The position numbers were made by a program, and so were the translations under genes. From Acidobacteriota bacterium (GTDB lineage Bacteria; Acidobacteriota; UBA6911; RPQK01; JAJDTT01), in assembly GCA_965209055.1 (NCBI GenBank), contig OZ242374.1, positions 5,472,001 through 5,536,000 of the forward strand: 64,000 nucleotides of DNA, read 5' to 3'. The notes under the pieces were generated by a model. The model searched no databases. It was given only the letters and a program-made list of their open reading frames with translations, and was not told where the DNA came from. This document shows positions 48,508 to 58,967 of the stretch, one piece after another (within the stretch, counting starts at the first letter, position 1; each line of letters starts with the position of its first letter).

Positions 48508-49320
48508 TCAGTCCGGACGAACTTCCTGTTCCTCCAAAGAGGCCGGCTCCTTGAGTCGAAAACGCACGAACTGGTAACCCCTGAGCACAACGCCGCTGAG
48601 AAGGTAACCGGAAGCCATGGCCATCAAGGACTGCCGCGAATAGAAGAACACGGCGGCCACCATCAAGGCCAGAATCACAACCAGCAGATGAGACTTCCTG
48701 CCTCCCAGATTGAGCCGTTTGAACGACGGATAGCGGACCGTGCTCACCATGAGACAGGCCACCGCATAGTTCATGGCGACCAGTGAGACCTTGAAGAAGA
48801 CCGTGTCGGGAGGGGTATCGAAGTAGTGGATGATCGCCGCCACGAAGGCCGCCGCCGCCGGGATGGGCAGTCCGGCGAAATACTTCATCTCCTTCAACTG
48901 GACGTTGAACCGGGCGAGGCGCACCGCCCCGCAGATAAAGAAGAAGAAGGCCGAAAAACGGGCGAAATTGCCCAAGTCGGCCAGTCCCCAGGAGTAAATG
49001 AGCACCGCCGGAGCGATTCCGAAGCTGACAACGTCGGCCAGGGAGTCCAACTGAACGCCGAAATCGCTGGTGGCATTGGCCATTCGCGCCACCCGGCCGT
49101 CCAATCCGTCCAGGACGACGGCGATCCCGATGGCGACCGCCGCCGCCTGGTAGTGCTCGTTGAGTATGGATACCAGGGCGAAGAAGCCCGCGAACATGTT
49201 CCCCACGGTGAAGAGCGAAGGCAGGATGAAGACGCTGCGGCGAAATCGCTTCCTGGGGCCCCTGGGAGCTGTGAATCGCCGTTCGTTACGTCTCAACTTT
49301 TTCACGGCCCGGAGTTCCAA
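48508..49320 (-). CDS. pssA: CDP-diacylglycerol--serine O-phosphatidyltransferase
   Basis: LPSLFTVGN, DGLDGRVAR, FGVQLDSLADVVSFG, RLARFN, FAGLPIP; follows psd. Start is uncertain. Confidence 0.93.
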   Translation of the reverse strand: MELRAVKKLRRNERRFTAPRGPRKRFRRSVFILPSLFTVGNMFAGFFALVSILNEHYQAAAVAIGIAVVLDGLDGRVARMANATSDFGVQLDSLADVVSFGIAPAVLIYSWGLADLGNFARFSAFFFFICGAVRLARFNVQLKEMKYFAGLPIPAAAAFVAAIIHYFDTPPDTVFFKVSLVAMNYAVACLMVSTVRYPSFKRLNLGGRKSHLLVVILALMVAAVFFYSRQSLMAMASGYLLSGVVLRGYQFVRFRLKEPASLEEQEVRPD

Positions 49321-49907
49321 TACGCCAGGACGGTGCTGCCGCCGTAGACTCGATCGCCTTCACTGACCACCAGGTCGCAATTCCCCGGAAAGAACAGATC
49401 GACGCGGCTGCCGAATCGAATAAGGCCTATTCTATCACCCCTGCCGAGGAGGTCTCCCTCATTCTTCCAGACCCGGATTCGGCGCGCCAATACCCCCGCC
49501 ACCAGAGCGAAGGTCAGGGGCCGGTCGCCTGAAACGGTCAGTATGACCCGCTCGTTCTCAACCGAAGCCCGGTCGTCCCAGGCGAGATGAAACCGTCCGG
49601 AGCGGTGTTCCTTCCGGACCAGGATACCTTCCACCGGTGAACGATTGACGTGAACGTTCCAAATCGAAAGAAAAATACTGACCTCGGTGCCCTCCTCAAA
49701 CGATCTCACGCGAACGATCTTTCCGTCCGCCGGGCTGACCACGGCGTCGGGATCATCGGGAACGGAGCGGTTCGGATCACGGAAAAACCAGGCGACGAAC
49801 GCCGCCAGGATGAGGGTGACCACGCCCAGGGCCATGACCTGTAGCCACGCCAGGACCAGGGTCAACGCCACCAGGGGAAGAAAGAAATAATAGCCGTCTC
49901 GGGCCAT
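49302..49907 (-). CDS. psd: Phosphatidylserine decarboxylase (short type)
   Basis: FFRDPNR, SPADG, SIFLSIWNVHVNRSP, NER, AGVLARRI, IRFGSRVD (GS cleavage site). An alternative TTG start lies at 49967. Confidence 0.93.
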   Translation of the reverse strand: MARDGYYFFLPLVALTLVLAWLQVMALGVVTLILAAFVAWFFRDPNRSVPDDPDAVVSPADGKIVRVRSFEEGTEVSIFLSIWNVHVNRSPVEGILVRKEHRSGRFHLAWDDRASVENERVILTVSGDRPLTFALVAGVLARRIRVWKNEGDLLGRGDRIGLIRFGSRVDLFFPGNCDLVVSEGDRVYGGSTVLAYWNSGP

Positions 49908-50068
49908 GGCGGATGCTCCGAACTTTGGCCGGGAGCCGAACCCGAATTGGGGTCCCGGGCAAGACAATGGACTCCTTCCAGGAGGGCATCCCCAGCCTGG
50001 ACCAGGAGCCGGTGGGAATCAAGGGAAGTACGAACGAAAGCCCGGATTCGCCGCAGGCGGACGAAATT

Positions 50069-50299
50069 CTAGCCGGTCTGCGCCTCCATCCGGTGTCGAT
50101 GGATGATCACCTGCATCTGATCCTTCAGGGCCAGCTTCTTTTTCTTGATGACGCTCTCACGCAACTTCTCTTCCGGGTTCAGGTAGACCCGGCGAACAAG
50201 CTCCTCCAGTTGGCGCTCGTAGCCCTGGTGCTCCAAGGCGAGCCGGGAAAACTCCTTGTCCGTCTCCATCAGATGACTTTTAAGAGCGGCCTCATCCAT
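50069..50299 (-). CDS. DUF465/YdcH-like small coiled-coil protein
   Basis: EFSRLALEHQGYE...IKKKKLALKDQM; GGAGG SD. Confidence 0.8.
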   Translation of the reverse strand: MDEAALKSHLMETDKEFSRLALEHQGYERQLEELVRRVYLNPEEKLRESVIKKKKLALKDQMQVIIHRHRMEAQTG

Positions 50300-50448
50300 C
50301 GCGCGCTTCCTCCCGGGGCTTGGACCACGGCACGCAGCACCTCGTACCGACGCATGAATTTAGCAAACGGGTCCCGGACCTTCAAGAAGAGTACCGGGAA
50401 CGCGAGACAGGGGTTCGACGCCTGCGATGAGCTTGCTCGGCAATGATT

Positions 50449-51528
50449 TCAGCGCTCGACCGAGAGTCCCTGCCGGGCTCGATGCCGCTTCAAACCCAGA
50501 TCGATGAGCTTTTCGATGAGGCCGGGATAGCTCAATCCGGAAGCCTGCCAGAGCTTGGGATACATGCTGATCTGGGTGAATCCCGGAATGGTGTTGGCTT
50601 CGTTGATCCAGAGCCGGTGGCTGTCCTTCTCCAGCAGGAAATCGACCCGGGCCATGCCCTCCACTCCCAGCGTCCGGCAGGTCTCCAGGGCCAGCCGCCG
50701 CACTTCGTCCATCCGTTCCCGGGAGAGGGGCGCCGGGATCAGCAACCGGCTGGACCCGTCCAGGTACTTGGCGGCGTAGTCGTAGAATTCCCCGGAGGGA
50801 ACGATCTCGCCCGCGATGGAGGCCCTGGGATGTTCATTCCCCAGGACCGAAACTTCGATCTCCCGGGCGTCGACGCCCTGCTCGGCTAAAACCAGCAGGT
50901 CAAATCTCAGGGCTTCCTCCAGATGGCGCCGGAGTTCCCCGGAGTCGCGGCTCTTGCCGACCCCGACGGACGAACCCATGTTGGCCGGCTTCACGAATAC
51001 GGGGTATGCGAGGTCGTTCTCGATCCTCGCCACGACCCGGCCGGGGTCCTCCTCCCATCCCGCTCTGGTCGTGCTCACGAAGGGCAGGACCGGCAGCCCG
51101 GCGTGGGCCAGCACCTGTTTGCACCAGACCTTGTTCATGGCCAGGGACGAGCCCAGTACGCCGGCTCCCACGTAGGGCAGCCCCAACACCTCCAATGCTC
51201 CCTGTACGGTGCCGTCCTCTCCGAACGGTCCGTGCAGCACCGGGAACACGACGGGCGGTGGGGGCGGCAGTGCGGCCAGAACCGCGAGCCAGTGCTCCGA
51301 TCCGGTGGGAAACTCCCAGGGTCCGTCCGGCGAGAGCTCCAACTTCCGGCGCAGAACCTGAGGATCGTAGCTTCCGCCCTGCCGGTTCAGACCCATGACC
51401 GAGATCCGGTGCCGTCCCGGGTCCAGGTGGTTCAGAATCGACCGGGTCGAGACGAGGGAGACGTCATGCTCGGCGGAGCGTCCCCCGCAGAGGACCACCA
51501 CGTGAATCCTGCTGTCCGTCATCGGCAT
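50449..51528 (-). CDS. ddl: D-alanine--D-alanine ligase
   Basis: GGRSAEHDVS, FPVLHGPFGEDG, FVKPANMGSSVG, FYDYAAKY, ARVDF, NEANTIPGFT. Confidence 0.96.
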   Translation of the reverse strand: MPMTDSRIHVVVLCGGRSAEHDVSLVSTRSILNHLDPGRHRISVMGLNRQGGSYDPQVLRRKLELSPDGPWEFPTGSEHWLAVLAALPPPPPVVFPVLHGPFGEDGTVQGALEVLGLPYVGAGVLGSSLAMNKVWCKQVLAHAGLPVLPFVSTTRAGWEEDPGRVVARIENDLAYPVFVKPANMGSSVGVGKSRDSGELRRHLEEALRFDLLVLAEQGVDAREIEVSVLGNEHPRASIAGEIVPSGEFYDYAAKYLDGSSRLLIPAPLSRERMDEVRRLALETCRTLGVEGMARVDFLLEKDSHRLWINEANTIPGFTQISMYPKLWQASGLSYPGLIEKLIDLGLKRHRARQGLSVER

Positions 51529-51609
51529 CGAATATCCGGGCCCGGGACCTGGAAGCCAACCGCGGCGATCTCACCGAAAAACATCCGGCGAGGGAGCTCC
51601 CGTCCCCCC

Positions 51610-52581
51610 TCACGACCCACTTCTCGCACCTCTCTTGGCCCTCGGGTCCATGGACTCGTAGGCTTGGATGATTCGCTTGACGAGCCGGTGGCGCACCACG
51701 TCCCGGCGATCGAACTCACAGATCGAGATCCCCTGCAAGCCCTTGAGCAACCCGCGGGCCTCCACCAGGCCCGACGTTTGACCTGGGGGAAGATCGATCT
51801 GAGTAATGTCCCCGGTGACGACCGCCCTGGAATTGAGACCGATTCGAGTGAGGAACATCTTCATCTGCTCCGAGGTGCAGTTCTGGGCCTCGTCCAGAAT
51901 GATGAACGAGTCGCCCAGGGTTCTCCCCCGCATGAAGGCCAGAGGAGCGATCTCGATGATCTCCCGGTCCATGAGCTTTTGCACCCTCTCCGCCCCGATC
52001 ACGTGGATCAAGGCGTCCGACAGGGGCCTCAAGTAGGGGTTGACCTTTTCCTGGAGGTCCCCCGGGAGGAACCCGAGCCGTTCGCCCGCTTCCACCGCGG
52101 GACGGGACAACACGATCCTCTGGACTCTTTTGTCCTGGAGAAACGAAACCGCCGTCGCCACCGCAAGGTAGGTCTTTCCCGTGCCGGCCGGACCGATGCC
52201 GAAGACCAGATCGTTGCGGTGAATGGCCTGGACGTAACGGGACTGGTTCAGACTCCGTGGCGACACTTCCCGTATGGGAGTCTTCAGGACCAGAGCCTTG
52301 GGAAAGAAATCGTGGAGACTCCCGCCCGCCCCTTCGGCGATCTGTTGGAACGCTTCCCTCAGCTCGCCGTTGGAGAAGGAGCATCCATTGGAGACCAAAG
52401 ACGAAAATTCCGTGAGGAGATTCTCCAGGACCTTCTCGTGTTTCTCATCCCCCTCGATGAAGACGCGCGGGCCCCGGGCGCCGATCCGTACCTGGAACAG
52501 TGACTCCAGCAACCGCACGTTCCGGTCCCGGAGGTCGAAGAGAATTTCAGCGCACTGGTCCGGGAGGAGAACCTTCTTCAA
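51610..52581 (-). CDS. phoH: PhoH family ATPase
   Basis: GPAGTGKT, RPAVEAGE, GFLPGDL, LAFMRGRT, LDEAQN, GDITQIDL, DVVRH. Confidence 0.95.
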   Translation of the reverse strand: MKKVLLPDQCAEILFDLRDRNVRLLESLFQVRIGARGPRVFIEGDEKHEKVLENLLTEFSSLVSNGCSFSNGELREAFQQIAEGAGGSLHDFFPKALVLKTPIREVSPRSLNQSRYVQAIHRNDLVFGIGPAGTGKTYLAVATAVSFLQDKRVQRIVLSRPAVEAGERLGFLPGDLQEKVNPYLRPLSDALIHVIGAERVQKLMDREIIEIAPLAFMRGRTLGDSFIILDEAQNCTSEQMKMFLTRIGLNSRAVVTGDITQIDLPPGQTSGLVEARGLLKGLQGISICEFDRRDVVRHRLVKRIIQAYESMDPRAKRGARSGS

Positions 52582-52645
52582 GAGTGGGGATCTTGCAGCC
52601 GTGCAAATGGAGACATGTATGGGGTCGGGGTCCAGGCAACCACTG

Positions 52646-52924
52646 CTAGCCCGCTTTTCTCACCAGGGTTCGATTCAACGAGTGGGTCAGCCGGGATTTG
52701 TAGCGTGCGGCGGTCCGGCGATGAATGACGCCCTTCTGGGCGGTGTGGTCAATGACGGTGTAGATCTTGGGGAGATGGCCCTCGGCGTCTGCGGACCGGC
52801 CCTCCTCCACCATGCGGCGGAAGCGCTTGATTTCGGTCCTCATCCGGCTCAGATAGTGACGGTTTCGCATCCTGCGCCTTCGGCTCTGACGCATGCGCTT
52901 GTCCGCCGACTTGATATTTGGCAT
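52646..52924 (-). CDS. rpsT: 30S ribosomal protein S20
   Basis: MPNIKSADKR...RN...SRMRT...KGVIH...AARYKSRL. Confidence 0.96.
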   Translation of the reverse strand: MPNIKSADKRMRQSRRRRMRNRHYLSRMRTEIKRFRRMVEEGRSADAEGHLPKIYTVIDHTAQKGVIHRRTAARYKSRLTHSLNRTLVRKAG

Positions 52925-52948
52925 ATGGACTCCCGCGAAACAGCGCGC

Positions 52949-52978
52949 ATTATAGTTGTCCCCGGCGACAGGTGTCAA
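52949..52978 (-). promoter_or_regulatory. Consensus sigma70 promoter for rpsT, inside the holA 3' end
   Basis: Minus strand TTGACA (52978-52973), 18 nt, TATAAT (52954-52949). Confidence 0.8.
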
Positions 52979-53897
52979 CGAGCAGGCGCTCCAGGTGAAA
53001 CCGGGGTTCGGAGACGCCGCTCTTGCAGGCGCGGTCCGTTTCTCGAATCCGGATCAGGACTTGCCGGATCCAATCGGGCGAGTAGCGGCGCACCTCCCCT
53101 TCCCGGCCGCGATAGCTCCAGATCTTGAGCTTGCGGAGAACCTCCTGAAAGGACCGTCCCCGCTCGAGCATCTCCCGGGCCACCAACAACCGTCTGAAGG
53201 TCCAGTAGAGCATGGCCAGGATCTGGGGGAAGCCGACGCCCTTCTCGAAGAGCCGGTTGAGAATCAGGAGCGCCGCCGGGGACTGCCCCTTGGCCATGGC
53301 GCCGATGAGGTTGAACACGTCGTATTCCCGACTCTCCAGCGTCATTTCGGCGACGGACTCGGAAGTGATTTTCCGGCTTTCCCATTGGGCCAGAAACTGT
53401 TTCTCCAACTCCATTCTGAGGCGGCCCAGGTCGTCCCCCACCAACTCGACCAGGGCCCGCGCGGCCGCCGGTTCCAGGACATAGTCCTCCCGCTTGGCCC
53501 AGGCCCGCAGCCACCGGGCCGGCCCCACCTTCTTGTCGAACTCGACCAGGGGTAGGCGCGACAAGGCCCTGGAGCGTTTCTTCATCTCCAGAATCAGCAC
53601 GGTCCGGGGCGCCGGGCGAGCCACATAGTCCTTCAGCCCGGATCCGGATCCGGCGTGGTCCCGCACGTACACCCATCGCCGCTTGGAGACCCACGGCAGC
53701 GTGCGCGCGGCCTGGACCACCTCTCCGGCCGGATCCTTCTCCAGGTCGAAAACGGACCAATCGAAATCCCGGGCCGACTCCGCCACCTGTTCCCGGCAGA
53801 GATCGTAGACGCGCTTGAGAAAGAGGTCCTGGGTCGAAACCACGACGTAGACGGAATGAGGCTGGGCCAGGGACTTCCTAAACTCAGTGAAACGCAT
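52950..53897 (-). CDS. holA: DNA polymerase III delta subunit
   Basis: ARTLPW...RRWVYV, LVELVGDDL...ELEK, VFNL, DRACKSG; conserved leuS-lptE-holA-rpsT order. Confidence 0.88.
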   Translation of the reverse strand: MRFTEFRKSLAQPHSVYVVVSTQDLFLKRVYDLCREQVAESARDFDWSVFDLEKDPAGEVVQAARTLPWVSKRRWVYVRDHAGSGSGLKDYVARPAPRTVLILEMKKRSRALSRLPLVEFDKKVGPARWLRAWAKREDYVLEPAAARALVELVGDDLGRLRMELEKQFLAQWESRKITSESVAEMTLESREYDVFNLIGAMAKGQSPAALLILNRLFEKGVGFPQILAMLYWTFRRLLVAREMLERGRSFQEVLRKLKIWSYRGREGEVRRYSPDWIRQVLIRIRETDRACKSGVSEPRFHLERLLVDTCRRGQL

Positions 53898-53933
53898 TTT
53901 CCGGAAAGCGGATCGCCCGGGAACGGGCGGCCA

Positions 53934-54464
53934 TCAGAACCCCTCCATCAGAGTCGTGACCACACTGGAGGAGAAATCCCTCGCCACGCGCTCCAGGGCC
54001 GGGCTCAGTTCGGAGAAGAAGTTGCGGACGTCGACGTTGATGACGTACTGCTCCCGAAAGAGGTATTGGTCGTTTTGGTAGAGAACTCGTCCGTCCCGCC
54101 GGTCCTGGAGCTTGACGCGGGCCTGGAGCGTGACCAGGAAGGTGGAGCCGAAAGCCCTCTGACGGAATATGACGGGGTTGGCGGTGGTGGAGAAGATGAC
54201 TCCGCTGAATACGGCGTCGGCCTGCGAAGGGTCGTGGACCAGACGGTACGAAGACCTCTCCACAAAGGCGTGAATCAACGATCGCGTGAAGATCTGCTCC
54301 ACTTGAAACGTGGTGGTTTCATTCTCCAGGGGAAGAACGGCCAGAGTCCGGAGCTGGGGAGCCAAGCGGTTCTTGGACGCGACCCGATAACCGCATCCGG
54401 CGAGGACTACCAGGACCAGACCCGGCAGAAGGGAAGACAGCAGCGCGGCGCGGATCCGCTTCAT
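53934..54464 (-). CDS. lptE: LptE family lipoprotein
   Basis: Lipobox LAGCGY; LENET; lies between leuS and holA. Confidence 0.85.
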   Translation of the reverse strand: MKRIRAALLSSLLPGLVLVVLAGCGYRVASKNRLAPQLRTLAVLPLENETTTFQVEQIFTRSLIHAFVERSSYRLVHDPSQADAVFSGVIFSTTANPVIFRQRAFGSTFLVTLQARVKLQDRRDGRVLYQNDQYLFREQYVINVDVRNFFSELSPALERVARDFSSSVVTTLMEGF

Positions 54465-56941
54465 CGCGCCACCACGTTGACGAGCCGCTTCGGAATCACG
54501 ATCACCTTGACCACGTGCCGGCCCTCGATATGCCCCCGGATCCTCTCATCGGAAAGGGCCAGTTCCTCCATTTTCTCCGACGCCACATTGGCCGGAGCCT
54601 GGATCCGGGAACGGACTCTCCCGTTGACCTGGACCGCGAACTCCACCGTCTCCTCCCGGGCCAGATCGGGGTCGTACCGGGGCCAGGAAGCGGCTGCGAT
54701 CCCGTGACGATGCCCCAGGTTGGAATACATCTCCTCGGCGAAGTGGGGAGCGAAGGGGGCCAGCAGCAGGGCAATATTCGTCAGGGCCTCGTGGAACAGC
54801 TCCCGGTCCGGCCGGCCATGGTCCACATATTCCTGCACCGAATTCAGCAACTCCATGATGGCCGCGATGGCCGTGTTCTGGTGCATCCGCTCCAGGTCGC
54901 TCGTCACCTTCCGGATGGTCTGATGAAGCTTCCGCTGCAGGATGCGCGCCTGGGGAGAGGACTCGGCCGGACCCTTCGCGGCGGCCGCCATGCCGTCTTG
55001 CACCCAGTCGGTACGGTAACGATACAGCAACCTCCAAAGCCGCCCCAGAAAACGCCAGCAGCCCTCCAGTCCACGATCGTTCCAATCCAGGTCCCGGGCG
55101 GGCGGAGCGCAGAACTGGATGAACAGCCGGAGAGTGTCGGCGCCATACTTCCGGACGATCTCGTCCGGCTCGACCACGTTCCCAAGGGACTTGCTCATCT
55201 TGGCGCCGTCCTTGATGACCATGCCCTGAGTGAAGAGGGTGCGCACCGGTTCATCCAGCTCGACGATCCCCAGATCGCGCATCACCTTGGTGAAGAAGCG
55301 CATGTAGATCAGGTGGAGGATGGCGTGCTCCACGCCCCCGATGTAGATGTCGACCGGAAACCAGTAGCGCACCGCCTCCGGGCGAATCGCTGCATCCGAA
55401 TTGCGGGCGTCGGTATAGCGGTAGAAGTACCAGGAACTGTCCACGAAGGTGTCCATGGTGTCGGTTTCCCGCCGGGCCGCGCCGCCGCAGGCAGGGCAGA
55501 TCGTCCGGACGAATTCCGGGACCTGCGCCAGCGGGGAGCGCCCCAGGTCGATGCCTTCCATTCGAGGCAGCATCACGGGGAGTTGATCCTCCGGAACCGG
55601 GACCGTCCCGCACCGGGAGCAATAGACGATGGGGATCGGGGTCCCCCAGTAACGCTGGCGGCTCACGCCCCAATCCCGGAGCCGGTAGGAGACGGTGGCC
55701 TCGCCGAAGCCCTTCCGGGCGGCGTACTCGGCCATCTTCCGTTTCGCTTCGCCGGAGGCCAGTCCGGAGAAGGGCCCGCTGTCGACCAGCCTGCCCGGAT
55801 CGACGAAGGCCTGGTCCGGGTGGGCGGAAGGCGCTCCTTCAACCGGTTCGATCACGGTCCGTACCGGCAACCCGTATTTGCGGGCGAACTCCAAGTCTCG
55901 CTGGTCATGGGCCGGGACGGCCATGATGGCGCCGGTCCCGTATTCCATCAGCACGAAATTGGCCACCCAGATGGGAATCAGTTCCCCCCGGAACGGATTC
56001 CAGGCGTAGCGTCCGGTAAAGGCTCCCAGCTTCTCGGCATCCTCTGTGGTGCGATGGCTCCGGTCCTGGCGGCGCACCCGCTCCAACAGCGCCTTCAGCC
56101 GTCTTCCGTCGCTGTCGTCTCCCAACCAGGCCTTCACCATGGGATGCTCGGGAGCCAATACCATGAAGGTCGCTCCGCAGATGGTGTCCAACCGGGTGGT
56201 GAAGATGTCGATCCCCTCTCCGGAAGGGCCTCCGAGCCGGAAACGGACCCGGGCTCCGACCGACTTGCCGATCCAGTTGCGCTGCATGGAGATCACTCGT
56301 TCCGGCCAGTCCTCGAGCTGGTCCAGATCCCGGAGCAACTGCTCGGCGTAATCGGTGGTCCGAAAGTTCCACTGCTCCAGTTCCTTCTGGACCACGGGAC
56401 TGTCGTCGCGCCAGCAGAGGCCGTTGACCACCTGCTCGTTGGCCAGGACCGTCTGGCACTCCTCGCACCAGTTGACGGTCCCCCGGCTCCTGTAGGCCAG
56501 GCCCCGGTCGTACATCCGGAGAAAAAACCATTGGTTCCAGCGGTAGTACTCCGGGGTGCAGGTGGCCAGCTCCCGGCGCCAGTCGTAGGACCAACCCATG
56601 CGCCGGCACTGCTGCTTCATCCGCTCGATGTTCTTCAGCGTCCATGTTTCCGGCGGCACCTGGTGGCGAATGGCGGCGTTCTCGGCGGGAAGTCCGAAGG
56701 CGTCCCAGCCGATGGGATGCAGGACGTTGAAGCCCTGCATCGATCGGAACCGGGCTATGGAATCGCCCAGCGAGTAGTTGCGTACGTGGCCGAGATGGAG
56801 CGCTCCGGAGGGGTACGGAAGCATCTCCAGAACGTAGTATTTGGGCTGGTTCCGGTTCTCGGCGACGACGAATTCGCGGTTCTCCTCCCAGCGTTTCTGC
56901 CACTTGGACTCGATCGTCCGGAAATCGTACTGCTCCTGCAT
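54461..56941 (-). CDS. leuS: Leucine--tRNA ligase
   Basis: [66 protein letters not shown]. Confidence 0.98.
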   Translation of the reverse strand: MQEQYDFRTIESKWQKRWEENREFVVAENRNQPKYYVLEMLPYPSGALHLGHVRNYSLGDSIARFRSMQGFNVLHPIGWDAFGLPAENAAIRHQVPPETWTLKNIERMKQQCRRMGWSYDWRRELATCTPEYYRWNQWFFLRMYDRGLAYRSRGTVNWCEECQTVLANEQVVNGLCWRDDSPVVQKELEQWNFRTTDYAEQLLRDLDQLEDWPERVISMQRNWIGKSVGARVRFRLGGPSGEGIDIFTTRLDTICGATFMVLAPEHPMVKAWLGDDSDGRRLKALLERVRRQDRSHRTTEDAEKLGAFTGRYAWNPFRGELIPIWVANFVLMEYGTGAIMAVPAHDQRDLEFARKYGLPVRTVIEPVEGAPSAHPDQAFVDPGRLVDSGPFSGLASGEAKRKMAEYAARKGFGEATVSYRLRDWGVSRQRYWGTPIPIVYCSRCGTVPVPEDQLPVMLPRMEGIDLGRSPLAQVPEFVRTICPACGGAARRETDTMDTFVDSSWYFYRYTDARNSDAAIRPEAVRYWFPVDIYIGGVEHAILHLIYMRFFTKVMRDLGIVELDEPVRTLFTQGMVIKDGAKMSKSLGNVVEPDEIVRKYGADTLRLFIQFCAPPARDLDWNDRGLEGCWRFLGRLWRLLYRYRTDWVQDGMAAAAKGPAESSPQARILQRKLHQTIRKVTSDLERMHQNTAIAAIMELLNSVQEYVDHGRPDRELFHEALTNIALLLAPFAPHFAEEMYSNLGHRHGIAAASWPRYDPDLAREETVEFAVQVNGRVRSRIQAPANVASEKMEELALSDERIRGHIEGRHVVKVIVIPKRLVNVVAR

Positions 56942-56954
56942 TGCGAACCGATCT

Positions 56955-57527
56955 CTATGCCAGGTCCCGGCCGGCCTGCAACCGGGACAGGGTGATTTCC
57001 CGCTGTGCCTGGTACTTGCCTTTCCGGTCGGCGTAGGAAACGCGGCAGACGTCGCGAGCCCGAAGAAAGAGGAGTTGGGCAATGCCCTCTCCCGAATGGA
57101 TCCTCACGGGTACGGGACCGTTGTTGATCACCGACATGGTCAGTCGCCCTTCCCATTCCGGCTCCAGTGGCGTGACGTTGACCGATACTCCACACCGCGC
57201 ATATGTCGATTTGCCGACACAAACGCCCAGGATGTCCCTGGGAATACGAAAGTACTCATAGGACCGGCAGAGGACGAAGCTCCGGGCGGGGATCAGGCAG
57301 GAATCCCCCTCGTAGTCCCGGTAGCAGCGCTCCGACGTCCGCTTGGGATCCAGAACCGGACTTTCACCGTCCTGAAACAATTTGTACTTCCGGTCCACCC
57401 GGAAGTCATAACCGTAGGAGGAGACTCCGTAGGAGATGGTCCCCTGCCCGACCAGGCTCTCTTCGAAAGGATCGATCATCCCGTCAAGCGCCTTGCGAGC
57501 GATCCAGTGGTCCGGCCGTATGCTCAT
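56955..57527 (-). CDS. dcd: dCTP deaminase family protein (catalytic Glu position is Ser)
   Basis: [46 protein letters not shown]. Confidence 0.88.
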   Translation of the reverse strand: MSIRPDHWIARKALDGMIDPFEESLVGQGTISYGVSSYGYDFRVDRKYKLFQDGESPVLDPKRTSERCYRDYEGDSCLIPARSFVLCRSYEYFRIPRDILGVCVGKSTYARCGVSVNVTPLEPEWEGRLTMSVINNGPVPVRIHSGEGIAQLLFLRARDVCRVSYADRKGKYQAQREITLSRLQAGRDLA

Positions 57528-57643
57528 GGGCTTCACTCAGCGAATCGCGAAAGTCTACCAGTCTCCCGCCCGGAATTCCCCATCCTGAAAAGTGCGGTCC
57601 CGGCCCGGGAATGACTTCTTCTTCACGGAGCCTGAACCGAACC

Positions 57644-57673
57644 TTGACATCCCGAACCTATGACCAGTATAAG
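57644..57673 (+). promoter_or_regulatory. Sigma70-like promoter for HU
   Basis: TTGACA (57644-57649), 18 nt, TATAAG (57668-57673). Confidence 0.55.
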
Positions 57674-57708
57674 ACAACGGCTAGCAACTCAGGGGGCATT
57701 TCCAAGCC

Positions 57709-57975
57709 GTGATCAAACAAGACATTGTGTCACGCGTCTCCGAAAGGGTGGGACTGACCAAGGTGAGGTCCGAAGAGGCCGTCGACACCGTGTTGGAGGT
57801 GTTGAAGCGCGCCCTGAAGCATGGGGAACGCATTGAGTTGCGGGGCTTCGGAGTCTTTCTGGTCAAGCCGCGGAAGAGCGGCATCGGCCGCAATCCCAGG
57901 ACGGGCGCCGTGGTCCCCATTCCTCCCGGCAAGACCGTTCGCTTCAAACCCGGGAAAGAAATCCGCTCCGGCTGA
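57709..57975 (+). CDS. HU/IHF family DNA-binding protein
   Basis: MIKQDIV...IELRGFGVF...GRNPRTG...VRFKPGK. Confidence 0.93.
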   Translation: MIKQDIVSRVSERVGLTKVRSEEAVDTVLEVLKRALKHGERIELRGFGVFLVKPRKSGIGRNPRTGAVVPIPPGKTVRFKPGKEIRSG

Positions 57976-58006
57976 CCTCCCTGCCTCCGGACGAGTTCCT
58001 AAGTTA

Positions 58007-58945
58007 GTGACGAAACGTTCTCCCCAAGACGGGAACCTGCCGGCGCCGGCGCCGGAGAAGCCCCGTTTCAAGCTGGCCCTTCTGCTGCTCCTCGTCACCC
58101 TCGTCACAACCTTGTGGGCCGGGTCATTCTGGCACATCAGCTTCATGATGGGCACCGGTCAATCCGCGCCCGACACGGTGGGTTTCCTCGTGTGGCCGGA
58201 TCTCCTTCTCGGAATCCCGTACGCGATCAGCGTCCTGGCGATTCTCCTGGCTCACGAATTGGGTCACTATCTCACCTGCCGCTACTACGGAATCCGGGCG
58301 ACGCTTCCGTATGCGATTCCGGCTCCGATACCCTTTCCCTTTGGCACGCTGGGGGCCGTGATCCGGATCAAGTCTCCGTTCCGGGACCGGCGCCAACTGT
58401 TCGACGTGGGCATCGCCGGACCCCTGGCGGGATTCGCGCTCATCGTCCCGGCGCTCATCATCGGGCTGGGATATTCCACCGACTTCACTCCACCCGCTCC
58501 CGGCGGCACAACCTACGAGTTCGGAGAACCCCTTCTCTTCCGCCTGGCGGCGGAACTCTTCGTTCCGGCCGGTGAGGACTGGAACATCAACCTCCATCCC
58601 ATCGGCTGGGCGGCATGGTTCGGGATGCTGGCCACGGGGATGAATCTGCTGCCCATCGGCCAGCTCGACGGAGGCCACATGGTCTACGCCCTGCTGGGGC
58701 GCCGGGGACACCGGACGGTATCCTACGCCACCCTGGGCGGACTGGTGGCGTTGGGAATCTGGTGCTTCTACGGTTACCTGTGTTTCGCGGTGATTCTGGT
58801 CTTCATGGGCCTGAGGCACCCGCCGCCCAGCATACAGACCGGACCGCTGGACCGGCGGCGCATCCTGGCCGCCGTCGCCGGCCTTCTGCTGCTGATCCTC
58901 ACGTTCATTCCGACGCCGGTCAGGGTCATCGACGCGCCGTTGTAG
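58007..58945 (+). CDS. Site-2 protease (peptidase M50) family
   Basis: AHELGH, FGTLGAVI, FDVGIAGPLAG, NLLPIGQLDGGH. Start placed at GTG 58007. Confidence 0.92.
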   Translation: MTKRSPQDGNLPAPAPEKPRFKLALLLLLVTLVTTLWAGSFWHISFMMGTGQSAPDTVGFLVWPDLLLGIPYAISVLAILLAHELGHYLTCRYYGIRATLPYAIPAPIPFPFGTLGAVIRIKSPFRDRRQLFDVGIAGPLAGFALIVPALIIGLGYSTDFTPPAPGGTTYEFGEPLLFRLAAELFVPAGEDWNINLHPIGWAAWFGMLATGMNLLPIGQLDGGHMVYALLGRRGHRTVSYATLGGLVALGIWCFYGYLCFAVILVFMGLRHPPPSIQTGPLDRRRILAAVAGLLLLILTFIPTPVRVIDAPL

Positions 58946-58967
58946 CGATCCTGGCCGGCTGCGGCGG

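Noticed and set aside
49908-50068. 160-nt gap between DUF465 and psd as a possible ncRNA
   Set aside because: I recognise no RNA family here, and part of the gap may be psd coding sequence (AAGGAG before TTG 49967).
50405-50428. CAGGGGTTCGACGCCTG resembling a tRNA T-arm
   Set aside because: The stem geometry is wrong, and I could not build acceptor, D or anticodon arms.
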